The notes under the pieces: generated by a model | Told to the model about the DNA's origin: nothing | The model's database searches: none | Seen by the model: only the letters and a program-made list of their open reading frames with translations | In this document: positions 20,726 through 32,700 of the stretch, piece after piece | Position numbering within the stretch: position 1 is the stretch's first letter | Layout: each line of letters begins with the position of its first letter | Made by a program: the position numbers and the translations under genes | Source of the DNA: Ostreococcus lucimarinus | Taxonomy: Eukaryota | Strand: one strand, 5' to 3' | Length of the DNA: 64,000 bases | NCBI GenBank assembly: GCA_000092065.1 | Contig: CP000587.1

Positions 20726-21694
20726 ATGGGATGCGCGAGCTCGCGCGTCGACGTCGATCCCGCGTCGCATCGCGCGCTCGACCGGAGTTCGCCGCCGTCG
20801 ACAAGCGCCGCGGTCGCGACGTCGCGGTCGAGACGCTCGCTCGACATCTTTCACGACGCCCTGACGTCGTTTCGAGAACACTTTTCGAGCGCCTCGAAGA
20901 CGCACTGGGACGCCGCGCCGTGCGAGTGGCTGCGCGTGCGCGCCGCGTCGTACTTCGTGGACGCTAAAAAGGCACCACCGCGCGAGAGACCGCTGCTGAC
21001 GCTGCGACACGTCGATCTGTTCGATGGCTCGAGCCTGGCGAGCGACGGCGACGACGCGCGCGTCGATTTTTGTCGAACGCGACCGGAGAGTTGGTTCAGG
21101 CGCGAGTTCGAGCGCGACGGAGGAGCGACGACGGCGTGGACGTTCGCGATGCACTTCGTAAATCCGGATGGGGCGAATTTGGTGTGCTATTTTCAGCCCG
21201 AGGGCGACGGCGCGGAGAGCGTTCGCGACGCGCGGCGGTTGTGCGATTGGGTCGACGCGAATTCGTCGCCGTCGTTCGCCAAGACGTTGAGACGGTTCGT
21301 GGAGACCGATGATGACGCATATCGCGCGGCGAGAGTGAAGCTGTGCGCGAAACTTCATCCGCAGTCGCCGTTGATGTTGCGCAAGTGCGTGCCGACGAAA
21401 CCGGTGCTCGTGGGAAAACGCGCGTCGACGCGCTTTTTTCGCGGCGCCGGCGATACCGAGGGGTACGAGGACCGTTATTTAGAGTGTTGCATCGAGTGCG
21501 GGACGAGCGCGTCTGCGAAATATCTGTACAACATGTTCTCCGGGCTCAGCGCGCGGAGCGACGAGGATTTGGCGATATGGATCGAGGGCGCGCGCGAAGA
21601 CGAGTTGCCTGAGCGCGTGCTCGGCGCCGTGCGTCTGCGAAGGATTTCGCCGAAGTGCTTGACGAAGTTGACAAAACTACCTTTAGTTAGATGA
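20726..21694 (+). CDS. N-myristoylation-motif protein with a DUF1336 (EDR2 C-terminal-like) domain
   Basis: Begins MGCASS (Gly2). The C-terminal region (...[75 protein letters not shown]) follows the DUF1336 consensus (...EELPExLLGxVRL). Confidence 0.5.
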   Translation: MGCASSRVDVDPASHRALDRSSPPSTSAAVATSRSRRSLDIFHDALTSFREHFSSASKTHWDAAPCEWLRVRAASYFVDAKKAPPRERPLLTLRHVDLFDGSSLASDGDDARVDFCRTRPESWFRREFERDGGATTAWTFAMHFVNPDGANLVCYFQPEGDGAESVRDARRLCDWVDANSSPSFAKTLRRFVETDDDAYRAARVKLCAKLHPQSPLMLRKCVPTKPVLVGKRASTRFFRGAGDTEGYEDRYLECCIECGTSASAKYLYNMFSGLSARSDEDLAIWIEGAREDELPERVLGAVRLRRISPKCLTKLTKLPLVR

Positions 21695-21767
21695 TCTCTT
21701 TAGCGAATTATTGTATGTGTGTATTAACCGATAGCGGCGTAGTATTATCGTCGTCACGAGACAGTCT

Positions 21768-23117
21768 CTACTCCTCCTCGTCCGGGAACAACGCGTCGAC
21801 GAACCCGACCGCGTCGAACGACTGCAAGTCTTGCATCGACTCGCCGACGCCAACGAACTTGACGGGAATCCCCAACTCATCCACCACGCTCACCACCGCG
21901 CCTCCTCGCGAGGTGCCGTCGAGCTTGGTCAAAATGATTCCCGTCACGCCCACGGCTTCGTTGAAAACGCGCGCCTGGTTGAGCATGTTCAACCCGGTGG
22001 TGCCGTCCAAGACGAGTAAAACCTCGTGCGGCGCGCTCGGCAAGCGCTTGGAGATGGAATTCTTCACCCCGACTAATTCATCCATGAGCTGAGAGTTGTT
22101 GTGCAATCGCCCGGACGTGTCCGCGAGCACGACGTCGACGTCGCCCCGCGCGCACGCCTCGTCCACCGCCTTGTAACACACCGCCCCCGGTTTGGTGTTC
22201 GGCGGCGAGTCGCTCATCACCGCTCCCGTGCGTTCAGCCCACGTCGCGAGCTGTTCGGCCGCCGCCGCGCGAAACGTGTCTCCCGGCACCATCATCACCT
22301 TCGCCCCGCTCTCCGCGAATCGATGACTCAATTTTCCCAGCGTCGTCGTCTTCCCCCCCCCGTTCACGCCCACCACCAACACCACGCTCGGTTCGCCCGC
22401 CGTCTCGTTCAATCCAATCTTCATCGCGTCCCCCGCCTTGGTCAACACCTCCACGATCGACGCCTTCAGCGCTCGCCGCACGTCCCCCCCCGTCTTACAC
22501 TCGCCTCGCTCCACGCGCGCGCGCACGCCGTCCGTCACCCGCGTCGCCGCCTTGGGCCCGAAATCCGCCCCCAGCAGCGTCTCCTCCAGCTCCTCCAGCG
22601 CGTCGTCGAAATCCTCCATGCGCCACAGCGCCAACACGTCGTTCACCGCGCTCAATCGCTCCCGCGTCTTCGACGTCCCGTTGAACACGCGCTCGACATC
22701 CATCGCCGTCTTCTTTCGCAGCACCGACGCGAGTTTGCCGAGATCGAATCCCGCGCGCGTCGCGATTCGTCTCGAGCGCGCGTCGCGACGCGCGGTGCGC
22801 GACGACGTCGACGTCGACGTCGTCGCGCGCGCGGGCGTCGCGCGCGTCGCGACGCGCGTCATCGCGTCGCGGTGTGCCGCGCGCGGACGACGATCGGGCG
22901 ATGGTTGTGGATAAGGTCCGTGTAGAGTCTCAAACAGCAACCGCCCGCCCGGCGGCGTCGCGACGACGCGCGGCGCGCGCACACGGCGACGCGGGCGCGA
23001 ACGAGCGCGACGCGAGCGCACGACGCGTCGTTCGAACCGTCCGCGCAAGTCCGACGACCGCGCGAGAGTCCGACGACCGCGCGACGCGACGCGTTCGTAA
23101 AGCGAATCGCACGACAT
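21768..23117 (-). CDS. cpFTSY: Chloroplast signal-recognition-particle receptor cpFtsY (SRP GTPase)
   Basis: NG domain with [59 protein letters not shown] and DTSGRLHNN. There is an ATG at 23117, but the transit-like stretch [15 protein letters not shown]... suggests the true start may be the internal ATG near 22862. Confidence 0.85.
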   Translation of the reverse strand: MSCDSLYERVASRGRRTLARSSDLRGRFERRVVRSRRARSRPRRRVRAPRVVATPPGGRLLFETLHGPYPQPSPDRRPRAAHRDAMTRVATRATPARATTSTSTSSRTARRDARSRRIATRAGFDLGKLASVLRKKTAMDVERVFNGTSKTRERLSAVNDVLALWRMEDFDDALEELEETLLGADFGPKAATRVTDGVRARVERGECKTGGDVRRALKASIVEVLTKAGDAMKIGLNETAGEPSVVLVVGVNGGGKTTTLGKLSHRFAESGAKVMMVPGDTFRAAAAEQLATWAERTGAVMSDSPPNTKPGAVCYKAVDEACARGDVDVVLADTSGRLHNNSQLMDELVGVKNSISKRLPSAPHEVLLVLDGTTGLNMLNQARVFNEAVGVTGIILTKLDGTSRGGAVVSVVDELGIPVKFVGVGESMQDLQSFDAVGFVDALFPDEEE

Positions 23118-23144
23118 CGTTCGTAAGCGCGAGCTCGACGCGCG

Positions 23145-26100
23145 ATGATGACGACGGCGACGCGTCGACCGGCGACGACGGCGCGGTGGACGGCGACGCG
23201 GGATTTGGTGAAGAAGAATTCTTTGCGTCGAACGCGCGGGCGCGCGTGCGCGGCGCGCGTGCGGGCGAGCGCGCCGGAACCGCCGACGGTGCGTCGAGAC
23301 ATCGTCGCGCGACGACGCGAAACCCTGTGGATGGCGAGGGTGTGACCTAGGAGACGCGCGCGACGGAGGGCGAGGAGCGACGGCGAGGGCGCGGAGACTG
23401 ACGATGCGAGCGCGATCGGACGATTGATGCGATTAGGATCGAGCGAGCCCGTTCGGGTTCGAGCGCGAGATGGACGCGGTGGAGAAACAAATCGCGGCGC
23501 TGCCGACGGCGGCGCGGTTGGGGGCGTACGGCGCGCTCGTGGCGCTCGGCGCCGGATTGGGGAACGCGGTGGGCTCCGCGATGCCGGCGAACGTCAGGGG
23601 AGGGGCGAAAGCGGCGCTGACGGCGGTCGTCGGTGGTGGCGCCGCGTATGGGGTGTCGGTGGCGGATAAGAAGCGGTTCACGGCGGCGCCGAAGAGCTTG
23701 TGGAACTCGCTGCAGGGACGGGATCCGTTGAGCGTGACGGCTGAGGAAGTCAACGCGATGGGGGCGAAGTTTGGGATCGCGAACATGGGTCAATCGTGCG
23801 CGACGGCGATGACGGAGCTTTACGACGTCTACTTGATGTCTCTCGTGCCGCAAGGGTTGGATCCGGTGCAAGGTTGGGAAGCCGCGGCTTTGGCGCAGTT
23901 TCGCCAAACGCTCGGCATAGACGACGCCTCGGCGGCGCAGGCGCACTTGGAGGCTGGTCGTCGCTTGTTCAGAAAGCGCATCGAACTCGGATCGACGGAT
24001 AAGGAGACGGACTTGGAATCGCGCAAGGAGTTCCAAAAGCTCGTCTTCATCTCTACGCAAACCTTTGGCGAAGAGCAAGCGCGATTTTTGCTCCCGTGGA
24101 AGCGCGTGTTCCGCGTCTCGGACGCCCAAGTCGACTTGGCCAACAGAGACAACGCGAGCCAGCTGTTGCGCACGAGCTTGTCCAAATCTAACGCCATCGC
24201 TAACGTTGACGCCGCGGCGATCGCGTCGGCGGCTGACTACAAGGCGTCGCTGAATTTGGACGACGACGCCGCCGGTGAAATCGCCCAAGACCTCGCCACG
24301 GCGCACGTCGCCGGCATCGTCAACGGCACCATTACGTTGAACAAGGAACGTGGCTCTGCGCGTGACGTCGGTACGATTTGCAAGAACGTTGAACAAGTTT
24401 TGGCTTACAACGTCAAGCTCGAAGGCGCGCAAGGTTCTTTCCCGGGTGTTGGTCCGGTGACGCTGTTCGGCGGCGAGTTTGACTCGAAGATGACGGAACT
24501 CAAGGACGTGTTCAGAACCTACCTCGAGGAAGGCATCAAGGGTTACTCCTTCAGTGCCGCGCTCAACGACAACCTCGGCAAGCTCCGTCTCGTGTTTGGC
24601 ATGGGCAACAAGGAGGCAGACGACATTATTCTCGCCTCCACCACCGCCTCGTACCGCCTGGCGCTTCGCGACGCCGTCAAGAGCGGCTCGTTGGACAACG
24701 CCGAGTCTCCAGCCAAGGTGCTCCAAGGTTTGTGCGAAGGCCTCCGATTCCCTCCGGAAGTGGCTGCGGGCATTCACGAAGAGAACTATCGCACCAAGCT
24801 CGAGTCCATCATCTCATCGAATAAAAAGCTCGAAGACGCCGACGTCGAAGCCTTGGCTCGCGTTCGCAAGCTCTTGTGCGTGCCGAAGGGCGTCGTTGAG
24901 AAGCTTCACTTTGAAATCTGCGGCGAAATTTACCGCACCGCGGTTCGCTCGGCGCTTTCCGTGCCGACCGAGTCCTTCACTCCGGCGCTTCGCGACCGAT
25001 GCAAGGCTGCCAAGGCAAACGTTCGTCTCGACGACGAAACCGCGCTCAAGATTCTCGGCGCCGAGGCTCGCAAGCAAATGAGTGGTTTCATCCGCACGTC
25101 CAAGTCCATTAGAAACAAGACGGACGCGCAGAAGGAGATTCGCAAGATGATCTTCTACAACCAAGGCGTCGTGACGCCGCTCGTGCAGGACGTGACCAAG
25201 GCAAAGGCTGAGGCGGCGGCGGAGGAGCTCGCCTCGCTCTTGAAGGAGGCGCAAGAGGCGGCGGCGAAGGAGGAAGCGGAAGAGAAGGCGAAAGCCGCCG
25301 CGGAGGCTACCGCGGCGGAGCCTGAAGCCGCCGCTGAGCCCACGGTGGATGATAGCCTTCGAAGTGCGGCGGAGGGTCAAGGCTTCGCCAGTGACACCCC
25401 CAAGAAGGTTGAGGAAGTGAAGGCTGAGGCGGCGACGGAGACCGCGGAGGAGGAAGAGAAAGAGGAAGAAGTCGTCGTCAAGGAGGAAGAAGTCCCGCAC
25501 CAGAAGGAAGTCACGCTCGCCGAAGACATGGATGTGGTCACTCGCCAAGCGATGTACAGAGAATACCTCATGTTCTGCATGACTGGTGATCAAGTGAACG
25601 CCCCGATGGGCGTGCGCATCAACATCGAGCGCGACCAAAGCGAATTCAAGCGCTTGTCCCAGCTCGGCGATATCCTCGGCCTTAACATGATGGAAGTCGG
25701 TCAAGTGCACAAGGATCTGGCCGACAAGGCGTTCCGGACGCAAGCTGAGCAAATGCTCGGCGACGGCCGCGGCCTCACCGCCGATCGCGCCGAGAAGCTC
25801 AAGGAAATTCAGACGCAGCTCAACTTGCCCGAGGACGAGGCGCAAAAGATCATCAAGGGCATCACCTCGCAACGCATGATGTCCAACGTTCAGCAGCAAA
25901 TTGCTTCTGGTACGCTCGATGCGGCTGAGGTGAGAAAGATGATCGAAGCTGGCGTCGAAATCGAGCGCATGATTCCGGAAGACAAGCGCATGAACTTGTT
26001 CCGCAAAAACGCCGAGCGCCGTTTGGGCGACGGAAGCGGAAGCGCCGACATCGAAGCGCTCACGGGTACCTTGGTCGAAGATCTCAAGATTGATGGTGAG

Positions 26101-26448
26101 AAGGCCAAGACTGAGCTCAAGAACATCGCTGCCGAGAAGAAGCGCTCTCAAATGATTCAAGGCGTCGCTGTCTTGCGTCAAAAGAAGGCTGCCGACGTCC
26201 TCCTGTGCTGCCGCAACTTGGTCGCGTGCCAAGCCGTGGCGCCCGAGGCCAAGTTGGAGTGGAAGGTGGAATCTGAGGTGTTCGACATGTACTCTGTCTT
26301 CGTCCAAGAGTGCTCAGACGTGGAAGAGCGCAAGGTTCTTCAATCTGCTTTGAGCATTAGCGACGAAAGCGCCCGCAAGCTTGAACAAGTCGTCGCCGAC
26401 GGCGCGTTCAAGTTTTCCGAAGACTCGTTAGACGAGGCCCTCTTCTAG
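23145..26448 (+). CDS. TIC110: Tic110, chloroplast inner-envelope translocon component, two exons (transit-peptide exon plus main exon)
   Basis: The main ORF (23470..26448) matches plant Tic110: GEEQARFLLPWKRVFRVSDAQVDLANRDNASQLL versus Arabidopsis GDASSFLLPWKRVLKVTDAQVEIAIRENAKQLY, with the same order of helical repeats, but it lacks any transit peptide. A candidate exon (23145..23288, MMTTATRRPATTARWTATRDLVKKNSLRRTRGRACAARVRASAPEPPT) ends at a GTGCGTCG donor. The intron is 23289..23436 (GGAGACTGACGATG branch, GATTAG acceptor). Exon 2 reads DRASPFGFERE in frame into the Tic110 ATG. Confidence 0.85.
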
Positions 26449-26471
26449 TTTCTCGATCTAGATTGAGAAAC
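26446..26471 (+). terminator. Near-perfect 13-bp inverted repeat directly after the Tic110 stop codon
   Basis: The sequence is tagTTTCTCGATCTAGATTGAGAAAc, which would form a stem-loop with one mismatch. It lies at the start of an AT-rich convergent 3' region (26449..26585). Confidence 0.25.
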
Positions 26472-26585
26472 GATCCACCGTAGCAAAGAATTGATTGATT
26501 CGAAACTTAAAGCTTTATTGTTGTCATTACGCATGTGGCACGAACAAAAGTCATCTAGATGCTAACGCTACTCTTCGCTCCGCGC

Positions 26586-27932
26586 TCAACTCGCGCCGAT
26601 GCCTCGAAACGCGCCAGCGGCGTCGAGAGCTTTGACGCTGCACGCGGCGACCACACCGACGGAAGTCGCCGCGCACGCCCCGACGACGAACGGCGCCACA
26701 CCGACGCCGCTAAGCGCCGACGCGCTCATGCATAAACCGACCGCCGCCATGGATGTCGGCAAAACCACGTTGGACGCGAAATCCCCCGTCGCCTTGTGGA
26801 AACGCTTCCACCGCGCGTCGTCGCGAACGGATTCCGTGGCGTCCCCGAGCGAACGCAGCGCCGCCATCGCGACGAACGCGATCAAAAACCCCGGCACGAG
26901 CGCCGGACGCTTCGCCGCCGCGCCCGCGCCCGCGTCCGCGCTCCTGAACGCGTACGCGAGATACGGAATCGCCAACGCCAGGGTGAGATTTCTCGTCAAC
27001 TTTGTCACCGTCGCCGCCTTAAACGCCATCTCATCCTCGAACGCGTCTCGAAACGTCATCCCTGCCCCGACGACCTGCGCCGTATCGTGCACGCTGAGCC
27101 CCAAAAACACCCCCGCCGGGACGCCGCCCTCCGGAAACAACCGCTTCGCCGCCCACGGATACGCCAGCATCCCGAGCGTCCCGTACGCCGCCACGTTCGC
27201 CACCGCCACCCCAATCTCCCGCTGACTCGCCCCGATCGCCGGCGCCAGTCCCCCGATCGCCGTCACGCCGCACACGCTCGTTCCCGCCGCCAGCAGCGCG
27301 CCCACCTTTCGCGTCAGCCCGCTCGCCGGTCCGAACCTTTCGCTCGCCGCCCTTCGCAGCGCCGGCGTCGCCGCGAGCCCGGTCGTCACCGTCGCCGCGA
27401 TCGCCGGCGCCGCCGCCGTCGCCGTCTCCCCGATCTCGCGCAACGAAAGCTTCGCCCCCAGCGCGGCGATCCCGAGTTTCAGCCCTCGATCCGCGCACGC
27501 CCGCGCGCCCGGCTCGAAGATTCTCGCGAACGCGGCCTCGCGCGTTCGAAATCTTCGTCGCAGCAGCGCCCCCCCGGCGATCGCGAGCGGCGCCGCGGGC
27601 GCGGGCGACGCCCCGTCGCGGTTCGCGACGCGTCCGATCGCGCCCGACGTCGCCGTCGCGAGCGCGCACGTCGCGAGCGCGAGCGCGACGCCCGCGGCTT
27701 TCGTCGCCATCGCGTCGGCAACCGCCGCGACAGAGCGACGCGGAGTGACGACGCGCGACGGCGCGACGGCGCGCGCGTTCGGGCGCGGGCGCGAAGAAAA
27801 AATCGACTCGCTCGACGGCGCGGTCGACGGGACGAGGCGCGACGGCGGCGAGCGACGGCGCGACGAAGACGCGAAGACGGACGACGAAATGACGGCGGGC
27901 GCGCGGACGACGACGACGCTGGAGCGGTACAC
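26586..27932 (-). CDS. YeiH/UPF0324-family polytopic membrane protein, possibly with an N-terminal transit peptide
   Basis: Matches the bacterial YeiH family: TSVCGVTAIGGLAPAIGAS (ICGxSAI signature) and GVFLGLSVHDTAQVVGAG (HExAQVV signature). The track ORF starts with GTG; an in-frame ATG at about 27710 (MATKAAGVALALA...) is the conservative start. The preceding S/T/R-rich 74 aa could be a targeting peptide if an upstream exon exists. Confidence 0.6.
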   Translation of the reverse strand: MYRSSVVVVRAPAVISSSVFASSSRRRSPPSRLVPSTAPSSESIFSSRPRPNARAVAPSRVVTPRRSVAAVADAMATKAAGVALALATCALATATSGAIGRVANRDGASPAPAAPLAIAGGALLRRRFRTREAAFARIFEPGARACADRGLKLGIAALGAKLSLREIGETATAAAPAIAATVTTGLAATPALRRAASERFGPASGLTRKVGALLAAGTSVCGVTAIGGLAPAIGASQREIGVAVANVAAYGTLGMLAYPWAAKRLFPEGGVPAGVFLGLSVHDTAQVVGAGMTFRDAFEDEMAFKAATVTKLTRNLTLALAIPYLAYAFRSADAGAGAAAKRPALVPGFLIAFVAMAALRSLGDATESVRDDARWKRFHKATGDFASNVVLPTSMAAVGLCMSASALSGVGVAPFVVGACAATSVGVVAACSVKALDAAGAFRGIGAS

Positions 27933-29664
27933 GCCGCGGGACGCGGACCCGGACGAGGTGTTCGAGGAGATGATTTTGGATTGGCGCGCGAATCCGCGGG
28001 TGAAGCTGCGGCGAAGGCGCGAGTGGGGGTGGGACGCGAGGGACGCGGCGACGACGGCGGCGCTGAGCGCGGCGTGGACGCTGGGACCGGCGACGCTGGC
28101 GTGGACGGCGGCGAAGGCGTACGTGAATCGGGGAAGCGCGATGGAGCGAAGGAAGAAAAAGTGGGGGGTCGTGATGGCGCTCGCGGCGAGCGAATTGGGG
28201 TGGTACGCGCACAGGCGAGGGGTCGGGAAGCGATTCGACGACGACGAAAATATGAAGGCGACGCCGACGCGACGGGATTTCGATCGGTTCTTGCAGCTTC
28301 GCTACGACGGAGTGTTGGATTTTAACGCGTACATCAGGGGATGGATGAAGACGTGGAAGAGTTTCGCGTTCGGTGAACGCGAGAATCCGTTTCGGGCGAC
28401 GCCGTCGAGCCCGCCCTTGTCCAGGGCGTCGACGCCCGGGATCGATCGCGCCGAGTCGCCGGCGTTTCACCGAGAGACGGCGCTGGATTTTTTACGTTTC
28501 GGCTTTCACGACGCGCTGAGCGCGGAAGAGATCGGCGAGCGCAAAGAGCGGGAGCTGAGGACATTCATGGAGGAAATTGAGGCGCACTGGAACTTGAAAT
28601 TCGACGACAACGCGGCGAGGGAATCGTTCGAGTTTATGTTTCACACAAAGGAAAAGCTCGGGGCGTTGCATCAACCGCTGTTGTTCACCGCGTGGGTGAA
28701 CGGTGTGGCGGGCGTGACCGGGCTGGCGTTACACGCGTTGGGATTTAAATTGTATCACGGCGCCAACGGGTGTTCGTACTGGGCGAACTGCGAAATCGTC
28801 GAGAATAATTGGAAGCGACGACGCGCGAGGACGGCGACGCGAGAGACGAGGCACGGCCGAGGCGTCGAGACGAGACCGGTGTTGTGCGGAGACGCGGGCG
28901 ACGCGAGCGACGGCGATACGAAGCCAATCATTTTCGTCCACGGCCTGGGCGTCGGACTCGCGCCGTATGTTCCGCACATCGCGCAACTCTTGCGCAGCAG
29001 ACCGAATCGCAAAATCGCCATGCTGACGCTTCCTCACATTAGCATGCGAGCGGTGCCGAAGGTGCCTGAACTCGACGACATGGTGGACACGGTGGTGGAA
29101 ATCACGAAGAAGCACGCATTTCGCGCGCCAGCGCTGTACGGACACAGTTTCGGCACCTTTGTCGTGGCGAGGACGTGTCAAAGGTTTTGCGTGAGTTCAA
29201 TCGTGCTCCTCGATCCGGTTTGCGTGTGCTTGTGCTTACCGCAAACTGTAGGTATTTTATACCAGCTCAATAAGAGCTGGGTCGACTTCAGGAATAGACT
29301 CATGGAAGGTCCGCGAACGCTCGCGACCGCGTCGTTTTGGCGCGATGGAAATGCATTGTTGTACTTTTTGTTGCGCGACTACTTTCTTCTTCGAGAAATC
29401 GGCGTCATGACGGCGCTTCGAAGAAAGTTTTGGTGGGCTCGTTATAACTTGTGGGCGGACGATTTGCCGGTGGACTCACTCATCGTGCTCGAATCGAATG
29501 ATCTATTGCTCGACACGGACGCCATCTGCAGGCACGTGTTGAGGCAATCAAAGGCGCGAATTATTTGGCAAGAGAAATTCGCGCACGGCGAATTTTGCAT
29601 GCCGTGGGGATACGGCTTGCGAAGCGACGTTGTCGACTTCTTAGACGCGTTAAAGAACGCGTAA
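27889..29664 (+). CDS. Alpha/beta-hydrolase fold protein with a long N-terminal membrane-associated extension
   Basis: C-terminal hydrolase core PIIFVHGLGVGLAPYVPH...LYGHSFGTFVV (GxSxG nucleophile elbow). The track ORF starts with GTG at 27745; the first ATG is at about 27889. Confidence 0.55.
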   Translation: MTAGARTTTTLERYTPRDADPDEVFEEMILDWRANPRVKLRRRREWGWDARDAATTAALSAAWTLGPATLAWTAAKAYVNRGSAMERRKKKWGVVMALAASELGWYAHRRGVGKRFDDDENMKATPTRRDFDRFLQLRYDGVLDFNAYIRGWMKTWKSFAFGERENPFRATPSSPPLSRASTPGIDRAESPAFHRETALDFLRFGFHDALSAEEIGERKERELRTFMEEIEAHWNLKFDDNAARESFEFMFHTKEKLGALHQPLLFTAWVNGVAGVTGLALHALGFKLYHGANGCSYWANCEIVENNWKRRRARTATRETRHGRGVETRPVLCGDAGDASDGDTKPIIFVHGLGVGLAPYVPHIAQLLRSRPNRKIAMLTLPHISMRAVPKVPELDDMVDTVVEITKKHAFRAPALYGHSFGTFVVARTCQRFCVSSIVLLDPVCVCLCLPQTVGILYQLNKSWVDFRNRLMEGPRTLATASFWRDGNALLYFLLRDYFLLREIGVMTALRRKFWWARYNLWADDLPVDSLIVLESNDLLLDTDAICRHVLRQSKARIIWQEKFAHGEFCMPWGYGLRSDVVDFLDALKNA

Positions 29665-29766
29665 TAGGCGCTCATGCCGTGATATTGGTGTAATAATGAG
29701 AATAGCTAATTGATCTTCGCTCTTTTACACGCAAGCGAGCTAATGGTACATTTGTTTCACATTTTT

Positions 29767-32700
29767 CTAGCGCCACTCGACGAAGTGTTGGCGCAGTTGC
29801 TTTGGTCGACAAGAGCGACCTTCTTCGAGGTTGAACTTGTAGCAAACTCCTTGACGCAGTTCCATCGGGAACAAATCCGGATGGAGAATTCGAGCTAAAG
29901 TCTCCACACCATCAACGAGTTGTGGACCGGCTTGACAAATCATTTCGTGGGAGAGAACGAAGACGCGGCGATCGCGCACGGCAGGAATCACCCACCAACC
30001 CGGCTGACTCGCCAAATGTTCTAGCTGTTCGAGCGTCCTCTCCATGGTTTCTTCGGATGATTTACCTATGTAGCAAGGCACGAGAAGTAACACATCTGGG
30101 CCGTACGACAGCACTTGCTCCCATCGCATGCGCTCAGCTGAAACGCCCGGTTCGTGAAGTTCGTCGATACCGCCGGCGATTGATTTCATCTCGGGCAGCC
30201 AGTGTCCGCCGGCGACGAGAGGTTTGATGCCTTCCAAAGACATGACCTTCGGCCTTTCGTCAGCCGTGGCGACGACACGAGCGATAGTACGCAAACGTGA
30301 TCGAAGCTGCGTCAGCAAAGTCACCGCCTTTTCCTTTACACCGCACAAAATCCCGATTTGAAGAATCACGTCCAAGACGTCGCTCAGCGTCTTTGGAGCG
30401 ACGGGGAAGATTGACGGCCGCGACGCGTCGACTTCCAAGGAATCTTCGTCCGAATCAAACTCTGCGTTCGTCAAGAAAACTTCGGCTTCGTGTAGAAACT
30501 TGGCGGTGCCAAAACGCACATCGGTGCACTGTGAGCACACGTCTGGGGTGAAGATGAGTCGAGCCTCTGCGTGGCGCACAAAGTTGACGTCGAAGAAACA
30601 CCATTTGTCGAGCGCGCTCACGTGCGACGACGAGCTATGCCTGGCCTCCAAACGAGTCAGCGAGTTGTAGCTCGACCCGTGATGAGTTCCACCAAAAAAT
30701 TCGAAATCGCCATTCAAAGAGTTCGAAGACTTCTTTCGATTGTCAGCGAGACCAGCGCTCGATTGCGGCAAAGCGAGAGAGTGCAAGTGTCTGGCGACGA
30801 TTTTTGGGTAATCCGTGATGTCCTCTGGAAGCACGCACGCCTCCGTGATGCCGACGATTCGATCGCCGACGCCAAGTGCATAGAGGATAGATGTCGCAGT
30901 CGTGGAAAGGGAAATTATCGACCCCACCGATTGCGGCAACGGAAGCTGCAGCTGCGAAGGCGCGTGGAGATGATCCGCCATGACTTGCGGCGCGGCGCCA
31001 AAGTATAAGTGCAGAGCCACATCGAGCTCGGGTTGCGTCGTTGACTTACGAGGCATTCCCGAGAGTTTCGATATTTGCGCACCCAGTGACTGCATCGACG
31101 CCGATGAGCGCGAGCGGAACATTCCTAATCCCTCCGCCGAGTCCAAGTCAACCGAGTACTCGCGGAAGTCGCGAGACATCGCACGAGCGCGCCGCGGCGG
31201 CAAAACCTGTTTGACTTTTTCTGGTGAATCCGACTGCGCTGACCGCGCGAGCATCTCTTCCTCGCTCATACTCCTGCTTCGTTCGAGAGCCTTGTCGAAC
31301 TTTCTCGAACTGATTGGCGTCAGAGGTCCGAAGCTCTTGCTCATCGTCCTTCGTGAAACCATCGCCGCGCGCGCCGCGGCTTCCGCCGCGCCCGGCGGCA
31401 CGCTTCTGCACGACTCAACGAACGAGGAAGCCAAAGATGGATTAGCGCCAAAGTGAAGGTGTAACTGCGATACCAGCACATTGTTCCACGCGAAACCGTC
31501 GAGATTGATCGAGTTTTTGCCCTTGCCGAATTTTCGTTCCTGCTTCACCTCGTACGTCGCGCCCCAGCCGATGGCGACTTTATCCTCCGTCACGCGCATC
31601 TTGCTCGGTCTATCGCCGTGTATTTCGCTGTATCGAAACGTCTGACCTCGAACGACTTCACCCTCGTTGAACAAAGGATTTCCGGGCGCAATAGTGATCT
31701 CGGCGTATCCCGTCTTCACCGAACTCGTGAGTCGCGTCGCGAAGGGCGCGACGCCGCACATGGATCGAGGCGAGCTCCCATCCGGCGCTGAGAGCGACTG
31801 CGAAAGGAACATCAATCCACCGCATTCGGCGTACACCACGCCTCCTGCTGTGGCAAACGCCGTCACCGCCGATCGTAAAGGCCGATTCTTGAACAAGGCC
31901 TGCGCGTGAAACTCGGGATAACCTCCGCCAAAGATGACGCCTTGGACGTCGCTCGGCAATCCTTCGCCGGCTATCGGACTAAAGTAGACTAATTCCGCCC
32001 CCGCGTCTTCCAACTTGGCTAAATTTTCGGGATAGTAGAAGCAAAACGCTTCGTCTCGAGCGACAGCGATGCGCACTTTCGGCTTTGACGGCCCCGCCTC
32101 GAGTTCCTCTCGCATGGCGCGTTCGAGCGCCAAATCGCGCGCGACGCGCGGCGAAATTTCGTACGCCGGCATCGCTTCGAACAACGCGTCGAGATCGACG
32201 TTTTGCTCGAGCAACATCGCCATGTGCTGAATTTTCTGCTCCATGGCGTCGTCACTCGTCGTCGCCGCGCTCGTTGGATCAAACGTGGGCCCGTTGGTGT
32301 CCTTGGGAATCCCCCCGAAGACGTCCACGTGCGCCATCGCCGCCAAGAGACTTTCTCGCAAGTACTCCGTGTGCGCCTCACCACCGGTTTTGTTGAAAAC
32401 CACCCCCACCAAATTCAACTCCGCGTCGAATTCTCTGTACCCCTTGATCACCGCCGCCACCGAGCGCGCCATGGCGTTACAATCCACCACCAGCAGCACC
32501 CCCGCCTCGAGCCACTTTGCCATCTGCGCCGTCGATCCGTCCTCGCTCATCCCATCTCTCCCATCGTACAGCCCCATCACCCCGTCCACGATCGCCACGT
32601 CGCACGTCTCCGCGTGTTTCGCCACCACCCTCGCCACCGCTCCCGCGCTCATCATGTACCCATCCAGATTTTCGCTCTCCCGCGCGTCCCCGCTCTGGCT

